Positions 28,001 to 34,411 of a stretch of DNA of 34,411 nt are shown here, piece by piece (positions within the stretch are counted from its first letter, which is position 1; the number at the start of each line of letters is the position of its first letter). The stretch comes from a virus. Its lineage: Duplodnaviria; Caudoviricetes. Position numbers and translations under genes: made by a program. The notes beneath the pieces are model-generated. The model was not told the DNA's origin. It saw only the letters and a list, made by a program, of their open reading frames with translations, and searched no databases. Location: positions 1-34,411 of the IMG/VR virus record IMGVR_UViG_3300031519_003546; one strand, 5' to 3'.

Positions 28001-31000
28001 GCTTCTATAGTTTATACAGTAAATGTAGAAAATACAACTAGTGTAACAAAGAAACAAACATTTACAAAATCAACAGCAGGAGCAACAGGTATTCCAGGTA
28101 CTGCAAACGCAGTAGTATATGCTTATCTTAGAAAAGCAGGAGATGCTCCTACAACAAACCCAGGAGCAGTAACAGTATCTTTAACAGGAACTACTTCCGG
28201 AACAATAACAACAGGAAGTTTAGCCAACAGCTGGCAAAAAACTATACCTTCAGGGGACAATCCTTTATATGTTGTAGCAGCAACTGCTTCAGGCACAGGA
28301 AGTACTGATAGCATAGCAGCAAATGAGTGGACATCAGCTGTAGTATTATCAAAAGATGGTACAGATGGAGTAACAGGTACTAATACTGCTATTGTAGTTT
28401 TGTATCAAAGAACATCAAGTAATAATGCACCTAGCAGTACTCCAGACGGAAACACAACATACACTTTTAATACTGGAGCAGTTTCTTTAACAACAGCAAA
28501 CGGCTGGTCAACAGCAAATCCAGGAGTAAATTCTAGTAACCCTTATTTATGGATAACTCAGGCAACTGCTATAGCTTCAGCTTCAGCTTCTACAGATACT
28601 ATTCCAGATTCAGAATGGGCTGCTATTAAATTATTTAGTACCTTTGCAGCAGATGGAGCTCCAGGAAATAAAACAGCATTAGTATACGCTTATAAAAGGT
28701 CTAGTTCAGACTTAAGTGGTATTAATGTAGCTTCAGCTGGCCCAGGAGCAGTAACAGTTAGTTTAAGTACAGGGCTAATAACAACAAGTTCATTAGCAAA
28801 TAGTTGGTCTAAGACACCAGTTGCAAGTGACGGAAATCCTTTATACATATGTGCAGCTTCCGCAGTAGGTACAGGAAGTGCCGACTCTATAGCAGCAGCA
28901 GAATGGTCTGCTCCTTCAAAACTTGTAGAAGATGGTGAAACAGGTTCTGCAGGAAATAGTGTAGTAGTACTATATATTTATAAACAGTCTTCTTACACAG
29001 CAGGAATACCTTCTATTAGTGGAAATTCAAACTATAATTTTAATACTGCATCATTAACAAGTATTCCTACAGGTTGGAGTGCTACAAATCCAGGAGCTTC
29101 TTCAGACCGTAGGCTAGCTACATATAGGTCAGAAAAAGTATTAGTAGGCACAGGAACTTCAAATTCAGTAGCTTGGCCAACAGCCGAAATTTATTTTGAA
29201 TCCTTTGATTGGAGTCCTTCAATTTTTAAAAGAAGTGCAAGTGCTCCTAGTACACCTAGTACTGCTTCAGATAATCCTCCTTCAGGGTGGTCAAGTAGTA
29301 TTCCTACAGGGTCTGACCCAGTATGGCAATCAACAGGTACTTTAAGTAACTACTATAGTAGTACTTATAGTTGGTCAGCTCCTATAAAAATTACAGGCGA
29401 TACAGGTACTGCAGGTTTAAACAGTGCAACAATAGTACTATACAAAACATCAACAAGTGATAGCAGACCTGACCACCCAAATTCAGTTCTAACATGGAAC
29501 TTTGCAAACAAAACATTAACACCTACCGGTGACCTAGATGGCTGGTCAGTGAATGCTATACCAGCATCAGATAATACTTACTTATGGACATGCTCAGCTA
29601 CAGCGGCTGCATCAACTGCAACAGATACCATAGCAGTAGATGAATGGTCAACAGAAACAAAAATTGGTAGTCCTAAACCTGTAAGGTCACACTCAGGGAC
29701 AATATATTATGATGCTAGTACAACAAGTGTTCAATCAGCTCCAACAACAAGTGGAGTAAGTATCAATTTTGACTCTCTCGTATTATCTGGTTTAGCAAGT
29801 GGTTGGAGCACTACTAGAGCTACTCCTGCTTATACCATCTTAGACTTTACAATTACAGAAGCTACTTATGGTGGCTCACAAACAATAAGCTTTGGGAATC
29901 CAAAACTTGTTGGAGATATTCTTGATAAAGGAATAACAGATTGGATAATAGATTGGGACGACGGTAATAATAGACTACAGTTAAAAGTTGATGGTGCTGT
30001 AACAGCAAATGCAAATTACCCAAACTCAATTAAAAACAATCAAATATCTTTAAGTGGATTAGGTGGCGCTGCGGCAAACTCAATACCTACATTTACTAGT
30101 GGAAGTGCTGTACCTACTAATGGCTCACAGCCAAATGGTTCTACATATAGAAGAACAACTACTCCTAATAGACTTTATACAAGTAACGGTAGTACTTGGA
30201 CAGAACTTACTATTAATACTAATACAGAATATAGTGCTGGTGACTTTAACATAGCAAATCTAGCTGGTTACACAGCAGGTGCCTATCTTAATTCAAATGT
30301 CAGTGTACCCTCAGTAGGTGACTTTAACATAACACAATTAGCTGGGTATACAGACGCTCTATTTAAAAACTCTTCTGTTGCTGTACCTACAGCTTCATCA
30401 GGAAGCACACTTCCTGCTGAATCAGGATTAGTTCCTGGAGAAACTTTTGCAAGAGATGATGGAGTTCTCTTTATAGCTACAGCATCTGATAATTGGGTAG
30501 AAGCTGCTAACACTACAGGTAATGATAATACTGTAACACAAATTAGACAAGACAATACAGGAACATATAGAACAGGCAGCATCAATTTAGTTAGTGGAAG
30601 TAATATGAGTATTACAGAAACTAGTGCTGGAGTATTTAACTTTGCAGCTACAAATACTAACACTCAACTATCAGACGCACAAGTAAGAAGTAAAATTTCT
30701 GGTACAGGTGTAATATCCTATAATAGTTCAACTGGTGTAATTAGTTCAAGTGCTACAAATATAAGTAATACTAATCAGCTAACAAATGGAGCAGGTTATA
30801 CTACCTATACTTCTAACCAAGCTACAAATAATTCAAGTAATGTTCATTTTGAAGGTTTAATGGTTGGACAAACTTCAGGTTCTACAGCTAATACTATTAA
30901 GTGTGTTGGAGATGTTGTAGCTTTCTCATCTTCAGATAAAAGATTAAAAGATAATCTAACACCTATCAGCAATTCACTAGAGAAAGTTGGTAAATTAACT

Positions 31001-31222
31001 GGTTACGAATTTGATTGGAATGATAAACAAAGTGTTCATACAGGACATGATATAGGAGTAGTTGCTCAAGAAGTAGAAGAAGTAGCCCCAGAGCTAGTAG
31101 AGACAAGAAAACACGATGGATTCAAAGCTGTTAAATATGAAAAGCTAGTTCCTTTGTTGATTAATGCAATTAATGAATTAAAAGCTGAAGTAGAGGAACT
31201 AAAAAGTGGCAATAGAGAGTAG
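22037..31222 (+). CDS. Giant baseplate hub (T5 pb3-like) fused to FNIII/Ig-like and repeat fibre region with C-terminal peptidase S74 intramolecular chaperone
   Basis: N-terminal AHLVKFERP, LTSHWGDF, LPVVYGVQRI and SNPALQTLDY..RFGRGL; central Ser/Thr-rich repeats; C-terminal SSDKRLKDNL...GYEFDWN...IGVVAQEVEEVAPELV...VKYEKLVPLLINAINEL. Confidence 0.88.
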   Translation: MSVERNIDSNIKTALVNNDDFAYAHLVKFERPFKLINGKAPTDANRYAYYTDGATDIEFDDGSKASDGSANNSQVYKANRILAIGQYSETTRARATSMSLTLAAEDLGATVQIAGTLSTTGLFTPTSTVHNGEILDFALEGFKEGDLIKFTNGSTISKYIIKNFTTNNTVIQTERIGLNADEYESSFPGSNTTATFLIQQDSIELNAPMMERGVTASSTANASPNFVNREVFIHKILINPDTGVRIGTSVIIFKGIIASVNIDENPTSVKVKWNLTSHWGDFEEINGRMTTDEIHRSLTSAGNPDLDSTLRPEYASDLGFMHAETSLSAIATYKTQETRYKMKTKKRGGPAGFFGGTKQEQIEYQVDIQNEVDLNVFLQGKYLPVVYGVQRINGNPIFADTLNDNNKIIYTANTICEGEIHGLFNIYIDDVPLICTDDNDFDVRSPGGSDADNTQLQCHGKMSRGQTISGQVYDSSATQVSSAQEAANVTAQEAREVAPQSNQADAMSIIKLVPDNYSAYGSKPSIAAGDAKGLEHGAHYGIMHPYSIDQMFMHGRPNQKAAAMLVEQAESGGAVGSISVLHGGTSNYSGVPTITISSPSSGVTATAVAEMGSTNTNDANRIRSVRITEKGSGYTSAPTVTVNQSKGARLSANLGGYKRQTDYWTGTLPYWSSQHRLLDTAYSAMKFEIDADATTIPEVEYVVKGKVLDCFNYDNSYIPDALLGADDSSADFTESDLVVVETSVDGTNWVVDSTGINAGNKFKIMHKSVFTTSRGTAHFRYRLDTTPNLGLVNGRATDKTRLRLKKTISGTPKYWHMLTWDHEIVGSTVFPNDWVSAGSNVSVNGSGAITISGVSAANKAKIGPSNPTIQFYADEWYTGAFATTVSTLKYAILKGTWSGSGDANVLTFTGTNWTGVTFPNTIKIRNAIEFNMTSVSAVANISNSSALTNSFTDAFNNTVFERGAILNNLTTGESREIVAFGTGNNLVEVNTPFLTPAYSDHKFSINGSGADRRASSNPALQTLDYIMNKRFGRGLEEADLDISSFVTSAKLCDSRSDITIQLANSPSGVEVGDIFQITSDGTASGTHVASGVVASGGIDVTNKTVTLTKVINKFAKKYSTYTSINTGDIVYTDAGNFYRATGSISLPSSTVPTHTSNTTASLAALSGDVQIHKVSGSGSVSVLNMAKQNIPIDYSLYDADWVKYWRYYGWNHHHQNEVTRHQTNFILDTGKSIFSNVNSLLSHFNGILSYENGKYVLSVETQETAPTASYTDGVNTNPYYIDKSDIIGKISVVDNSQKNAKNTIKASLQDPQLNWGTRSVTFFNSDFLKADRNVPKTASFPFTGITNYYNARINTEKELFQTRFSKEISFELGPKAMLLRAGQVLSINYESFGWSNKLFRIENLNFKANCNVSVKCREYDDSIYEITKQQAMKISQETSGQYALKRPSKPTITSVSTNKIGSMLLSWTNADDFIEGSDSTEIWTHTSDSLADAVLLATVDNSSTYMYNAAVAQTIYFWIRHSRFSRGSTGNNQFTVKSDYNASAGTQGTSLAIAAGAQTVKLLPSTHVIDYSVVGAETTTVSFTTVPFNVSGTVFYEFIVGSTSKQNTTGTTFTLADSDEPAPSEAPVRVTVKLRQGANNGTIIAQDTVSIFAVQDGQSAVTGFLTNESHTVATDTSGDGASFSGAGGTFKVFYGNQDITGNAKVTFSAATGTNLSGSINASSGVYTLSNLTADLGNVVFSSLIKGSVIGGVDGTNDITISKTYSISKAKAGQNGTGSAGASSKTVSLTASDYSIVYDKDGGTPNPSASTDITLTATAQNFTNPFFKFTGDGITNETSYTDGASSTNDTFTFQVPTSHFADVKSLRVGVSEGEEAATELAFDTISIFAVKPGATGTEGDDGYTIICSNEAHTFPAASNGAISSFSNSGTDFEVFSGGTQLTGITSGTPGNGQFTVSAAVTGITAGAQSASSNKIVFSNHSGMSNATSVASIVYTVNVENTTSVTKKQTFTKSTAGATGIPGTANAVVYAYLRKAGDAPTTNPGAVTVSLTGTTSGTITTGSLANSWQKTIPSGDNPLYVVAATASGTGSTDSIAANEWTSAVVLSKDGTDGVTGTNTAIVVLYQRTSSNNAPSSTPDGNTTYTFNTGAVSLTTANGWSTANPGVNSSNPYLWITQATAIASASASTDTIPDSEWAAIKLFSTFAADGAPGNKTALVYAYKRSSSDLSGINVASAGPGAVTVSLSTGLITTSSLANSWSKTPVASDGNPLYICAASAVGTGSADSIAAAEWSAPSKLVEDGETGSAGNSVVVLYIYKQSSYTAGIPSISGNSNYNFNTASLTSIPTGWSATNPGASSDRRLATYRSEKVLVGTGTSNSVAWPTAEIYFESFDWSPSIFKRSASAPSTPSTASDNPPSGWSSSIPTGSDPVWQSTGTLSNYYSSTYSWSAPIKITGDTGTAGLNSATIVLYKTSTSDSRPDHPNSVLTWNFANKTLTPTGDLDGWSVNAIPASDNTYLWTCSATAAASTATDTIAVDEWSTETKIGSPKPVRSHSGTIYYDASTTSVQSAPTTSGVSINFDSLVLSGLASGWSTTRATPAYTILDFTITEATYGGSQTISFGNPKLVGDILDKGITDWIIDWDDGNNRLQLKVDGAVTANANYPNSIKNNQISLSGLGGAAANSIPTFTSGSAVPTNGSQPNGSTYRRTTTPNRLYTSNGSTWTELTINTNTEYSAGDFNIANLAGYTAGAYLNSNVSVPSVGDFNITQLAGYTDALFKNSSVAVPTASSGSTLPAESGLVPGETFARDDGVLFIATASDNWVEAANTTGNDNTVTQIRQDNTGTYRTGSINLVSGSNMSITETSAGVFNFAATNTNTQLSDAQVRSKISGTGVISYNSSTGVISSSATNISNTNQLTNGAGYTTYTSNQATNNSSNVHFEGLMVGQTSGSTANTIKCVGDVVAFSSSDKRLKDNLTPISNSLEKVGKLTGYEFDWNDKQSVHTGHDIGVVAQEVEEVAPELVETRKHDGFKAVKYEKLVPLLINAINELKAEVEELKSGNRE
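28080..29900 (+). repeat. About 7 degenerate ~70-100-aa domain repeats in the fibre region
   Basis: Units begin V/L-Y-x-R/K, contain (G/S)W(S/Q) and P(L/Y)(Y/W), end (E)W(S/T), and are joined by short G-x-x-G linkers. CCAGGAGCAGTAACAGT occurs at 28161 and 28742. Boundaries are approximate. Confidence 0.75.
30233..30390 (+). repeat. 78-nt (26-aa) tandem duplication
   Basis: GGTGACTTTAACATA at 30239 and 30317; SAGDFNIANLAGYTAGAYLNSNVSVP / SVGDFNITQLAGYTDALFKNSSVAVP. Confidence 0.8.
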
Positions 31223-32015
31223 CGGAACAATATCCTTAGGAACTACAGCAGGTACGAATAGAAGTATCTCTGGAGAGTTTGGTGGTAGCACGCCCCATGC
31301 ATTGAGTGAGTATTATAGAGGAGGCTCAGAAGTTCCTAATACTAGCGCAAATAATGATGTGCCTACTAGTTCAACAATAAAATTTAGTGATTTCTATGAT
31401 TCAGTAAACTTTGCAGCAACAGGGAATGAAGCAATTGGTTCTTGGCCTGTTGTATTTGGCTCTATTACTCATCCAGGCAATAATACTAATAGTAATGGCT
31501 TTAATAATCAGGCGTTTACAAATGCTAACTTTGCAGAGGTTATAGCAACTATAGATTTCTATGTAGATGAATCAAATAATAGAGTAGAAATAAGATACTT
31601 TGGTTCGAACAGTAGTGCAGCTTCTTCTTATACTGTAGTTTATCTTACTTATGTAGACTTAGATATTTCTCAAAGTTCTGTATGGCAAGTAAAAGCAGAT
31701 TGGAATTACTCTACTTCTGTTGGAGCAGGAGCAGCAGCAGGAACCATTGTTGAACCAGCTGCAAATTTAGACAACGCATACAGAACACTAAGTGCAAGTA
31801 GCAGAACCTCATATACCTGGAAAGTAACATCGAATAGTGGAAATGAAACAGCAACTATAGGTTCAGGGGTTGGCGACTCAGTTACTTTCTATCTCAAAAA
31901 TACAGATGGTACAGGAACAGCTAGAGAAGTTAACTCGGGCTCAAAAACTTTATTCTTAAAAGCAACAAGAGGGACTCAGCAAGAAATAGGTGGTGGCGGA
32001 GGCGGCGGCGTATAA
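31206..32015 (+). CDS. Putative fibre-tip adhesin / receptor-binding protein
   Basis: Overlaps the end of the S74 fibre gene; N-terminal SSGTISL...EFGGSTPHALSEYY...IKFSDFY module followed by a beta-rich domain. Confidence 0.55.
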   Translation: MAIESSGTISLGTTAGTNRSISGEFGGSTPHALSEYYRGGSEVPNTSANNDVPTSSTIKFSDFYDSVNFAATGNEAIGSWPVVFGSITHPGNNTNSNGFNNQAFTNANFAEVIATIDFYVDESNNRVEIRYFGSNSSAASSYTVVYLTYVDLDISQSSVWQVKADWNYSTSVGAGAAAGTIVEPAANLDNAYRTLSASSRTSYTWKVTSNSGNETATIGSGVGDSVTFYLKNTDGTGTAREVNSGSKTLFLKATRGTQQEIGGGGGGGV

Positions 32016-32058
32016 CTTATTTAATGGTAGTAACCCAACCCCACCTAGAAAATATTTC

Positions 32059-32087
32059 TTGACATATACCTTAATTTTTGGTATAAT
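32059..32087 (+). promoter_or_regulatory. Consensus sigma70-type promoter P3 (extended -10) for side-fibre genes
   Basis: TTGACA at 32059-32064, 17-nt spacer, TG-g-TATAAT with TATAAT at 32082-32087, intergenic. Confidence 0.9.
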
Positions 32088-32111
32088 TATAAACATGGAG
32101 AACATAATATA

Positions 32112-32453
32112 ATGGCAGCAGGAACTTACAATTTCACAGTAGAGCAAGGGTCGACTTTCATACGAAGTCTATCCCTACAGGAGAACGGAGCAGCGATGAA
32201 CTTGACTGGGTACTCGGTCGCGTCGCAGATGCGTTCAACTCACGACTCAAGTACAGTCGTAGGCACATTTTCATGCTCAGTTGCTAACGCTTCTGGGGGT
32301 ACGATTAGTATGCTCATGTCAGCGTCTGCTACAGGCGGTATAGAAGAAGGTATATATGTTTATGACGTTGAGATAACCAATAGTGGTGGAAGTGGAAGTA
32401 TTAAAAGAATACTTCAAGGTAAGGTAACAGTAACACCTGAAGTCACAAGATAA
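32112..32453 (+). CDS. Collar / fibre attachment protein (T5 p132/LtfC-like beta-sandwich)
   Basis: YNFTVEQGSTF...NLTGY...YVYDVEI...RILQGKVTVTPEVT; precedes the fibre genes. Confidence 0.72.
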   Translation: MAAGTYNFTVEQGSTFIRSLSLQENGAAMNLTGYSVASQMRSTHDSSTVVGTFSCSVANASGGTISMLMSASATGGIEEGIYVYDVEITNSGGSGSIKRILQGKVTVTPEVTR

Positions 32454-32857
32454 TGGCAATAACGGTTACAGTTACTGAGACTCCAACTTATGTAACAGTC
32501 AATGAGACTGATACAACTGTGACTCTTAATCAAAGTGATAACCCTATAACAGTAACAACAAGTACTGACTTAATTACAGCTTTAGGATTTGCATCAGATG
32601 TAACTTATACATCTCACAACACATTACCAGGAGGTAGTGTACAAGCTGCTTTAGAAGATTTAGCAGACCAATTTTTCAGACAAGCCGCAACCCCTTCAGG
32701 TAATAATTTACAAGAAGGAGATATGTGGTACAATACATCTACAGAACTACTACACGTTTATAGAGAAGTAAGCACTGGAGTTTACGAGTGGCATATAATT
32801 GCCTCAGCAGGGGGTTCATCCCCTACGAGTTTCACTATGGACGGTGGCTCATTCTAG
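32453..32857 (+). CDS. Tail fibre-associated structural protein (134 aa)
   Basis: Thr/Val-rich N-terminus, SVQAALEDL, EGDMWYNT, C-terminal DGGSF. Confidence 0.6.
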   Translation: MAITVTVTETPTYVTVNETDTTVTLNQSDNPITVTTSTDLITALGFASDVTYTSHNTLPGGSVQAALEDLADQFFRQAATPSGNNLQEGDMWYNTSTELLHVYREVSTGVYEWHIIASAGGSSPTSFTMDGGSF

Positions 32858-32866
32858 GATAACAAT

Positions 32867-34180
32867 ATGGCAATAAATATTATTAAAATTAAAAGAACGA
32901 CAGGTACTACCGCACCTAGTTCTTTAAACGCAGGAGAGCTGGCTTATTCAGGTGGAGCAGGTACTCAAGGAAACAATGGTCAAAGATTATTTATCGGAGA
33001 CCCAGCAAACTCAAACGCAGTAACAGTAATTGGCGGTAATTACTTTTCCAATCTATTAGACCATGCACATGGTACAACAACAGCAAGTTCAGCTTTAATC
33101 GTAAACGCAGCAAAGTCAACTTCTGAATTAAGAACACCAGCACTATACTTAGGTACTTCTGGAAATGATACTTTAGTTACTTCAACAGCTGCAGAATTAA
33201 ACGCACTAGATGGAATTACAACAAATGTAACTGAGCTAAACTACTTAGATGGTACATCATTAGGTACAGTAGTAGCTAGTAAAGTAGTAGCAGTAAACTC
33301 GAACAAAGATGCATTAGGTTTTAGAAATATTAGTTTAACTGGTAATGTAGCAACAGCTAGTATTGATGTAACAGGCAATCTATCTGTTGACGGAGTCTCA
33401 AACTTAGATAATACAGATATAGATGGCTCACTAACAGTAGATGGAGCAGTAGATATAAATGCTACTACTTTTGATGTTGATACTTCAGGTGCTATTACTA
33501 TAGACAGTTCAGATAGCAATGGTATTAAAATAGGAGCTAACTCTTCTGCTAAACCCGTAACAATTGGGCATACAACTTCAGAAGTAACAGTTGGAGATAA
33601 TTTAACAGTTACAGGTAACTTAACAGTAAGTGGTACAACTACTACTGTTAATTCAACTACTGTTTCAATAGCAGACCCAATATTTGAAATCGGAGAGTCA
33701 AGCAGTGATGATAACTTAGACCGCGGTATTAAAATGAAGTATAACGATGGTGCACAAAGAATTGCATTCATGGGCTTCGATGATTCAGATGCTAAATTTA
33801 CTATGATACAAAGAGCTACTGATACTAACAATGTATTCAGTGGAGCTTTAGGTACTTTGAAAGCAAATATTGAAGCTGGTAACTCAGGTTTAAAAATAGG
33901 ACCTTCAATACCTTTTACAGATAATGGTGGTGGAGTTTTAACACTACAAAACGTAGATGCAATAGATGCCACAACAGAAGCAACACTAGAAGCTGCAATA
34001 GACAGTTTATCAAACTTAACAGTAACAGGAACAATAGGAAGTGGTACTTGGCAAGGAACACCTATAACACATGTTTATGGAGGTACAGGTTTACAATCAC
34101 CAGGCTCTACTGGTCAAATAATGGTATCAACAGGCTCAGGTTTCCAAATGCAAAATATTGATGGCGGAACATACAGCTAA
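32867..34180 (+). CDS. Side tail fibre-like protein (437 aa)
   Basis: N-terminal IKIKR...APSSL..GELAY head, STAAELNALDG, GNLTVSGTTTTVNSTTVSIADP, C-terminal IDGGTY. Confidence 0.7.
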   Translation: MAINIIKIKRTTGTTAPSSLNAGELAYSGGAGTQGNNGQRLFIGDPANSNAVTVIGGNYFSNLLDHAHGTTTASSALIVNAAKSTSELRTPALYLGTSGNDTLVTSTAAELNALDGITTNVTELNYLDGTSLGTVVASKVVAVNSNKDALGFRNISLTGNVATASIDVTGNLSVDGVSNLDNTDIDGSLTVDGAVDINATTFDVDTSGAITIDSSDSNGIKIGANSSAKPVTIGHTTSEVTVGDNLTVTGNLTVSGTTTTVNSTTVSIADPIFEIGESSSDDNLDRGIKMKYNDGAQRIAFMGFDDSDAKFTMIQRATDTNNVFSGALGTLKANIEAGNSGLKIGPSIPFTDNGGGVLTLQNVDAIDATTEATLEAAIDSLSNLTVTGTIGSGTWQGTPITHVYGGTGLQSPGSTGQIMVSTGSGFQMQNIDGGTYS

Positions 34181-34371
34181 TGTCCCAAACAATACAATTA
34201 AAAAGAAATACTACAAATACTACCGCACCAGAAAGCGGAGATTTAGTAGTAGGAGAAGTAGCAGTCAGCGCAGTTGACGGTAAACTTTATATCAAAACAA
34301 CTGGTGGCGTTATAAAACCAATCGACGCATCAGAAGACGACGCAATAGCACTCGCAATAGCACTAGGATAA
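34180..34371 (+). CDS. Small fibre-related protein (63 aa)
   Basis: The same N-terminal module as the preceding gene (IQLKR...AP...GEVAV...DGKLYIK), ending DDAIALAIALG. Confidence 0.68.
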   Translation: MSQTIQLKRNTTNTTAPESGDLVVGEVAVSAVDGKLYIKTTGGVIKPIDASEDDAIALAIALG

Positions 34372-34375
34372 TAAT

Positions 34376-34411
34376 ATGGCAAATGCATTTAAAAACGCTG
34401 GTTTAGCAGCA
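34376..34411 (+). CDS. Start of next gene (3'-truncated by the window edge)
   Basis: ATG at 34376 after AGGA; MANAFKNAGLAA is open to the window end. Confidence 0.55.
   Translation, partial: MANAFKNAGLAA

Noticed and set aside
28080-30390. CRISPR array or diversity-generating retroelement TR/VR pair
   Set aside because: The repeats are in-frame protein repeats with short DNA identity, no spacer pattern, no adenine-specific mismatch pair, and no reverse transcriptase or cas gene in the window.
31987-32047. Terminator from TAGGTGG...CCACCTA pairing after the adhesin gene
   Set aside because: Only 7 bp with a very long loop and no U-tract; not supportable.
9017-33972. Long antisense ORFs (e.g. 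9017-9514, 13265-13726, 19942-20604, 22255-22692, 33241-33972)
   Set aside because: They lie opposite well-supported structural genes, as expected from codon bias, and contain no recognisable domains.
1-34411. tRNA, rRNA or large ncRNA genes; alternative genetic code
   Set aside because: Intergenic gaps are under about 100 nt and mostly occupied by promoters or a terminator. No cloverleaf was seen, and all three stop codons terminate genes normally.

Overview
The window is the late and morphogenesis region of an AT-rich tailed bacteriophage, and every credible gene lies on the + strand. From 5.2 kb onward the gene order matches the T5-type (Demerecviridae-like) siphophage structural module: terminase large subunit, nicking endonuclease, portal, prohead protease plus major capsid (here a single ORF), head completion, tail completion, tail terminator, major tail tube, minor tail protein, tail chaperones, tape measure, distal tail, a 3061-aa hub/fibre fusion ending in an S74 chaperone, a candidate tip adhesin, then collar and side-fibre genes. 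The first 5.2 kb is accessory. It holds the 3' part of a membrane-anchored class III adenylate cyclase, then an apparent operon behind a perfect sigma70 promoter. That operon encodes an XhlA/holin-like protein, a TorF-like outer-membrane beta-barrel, IscU, overlapping spanins, a Cys-rich mini-protein and a chain of overlapping, extremely basic small proteins. The most notable observations are: (1) five consecutive K/R-rich ORFs (314 aa) with no Asp or Glu just upstream of the terminase, two of them missed by the ORF track; (2) a protease-capsid fusion with an in-frame internal RBS and ATG; (3) a candidate +1 frameshift (TTT CGT) in the tail chaperone pair; (4) three near-identical extended consensus promoters. 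Family assignments come from motif recognition and synteny only, as no searches were run. A marine, Gram-negative host is an inference.
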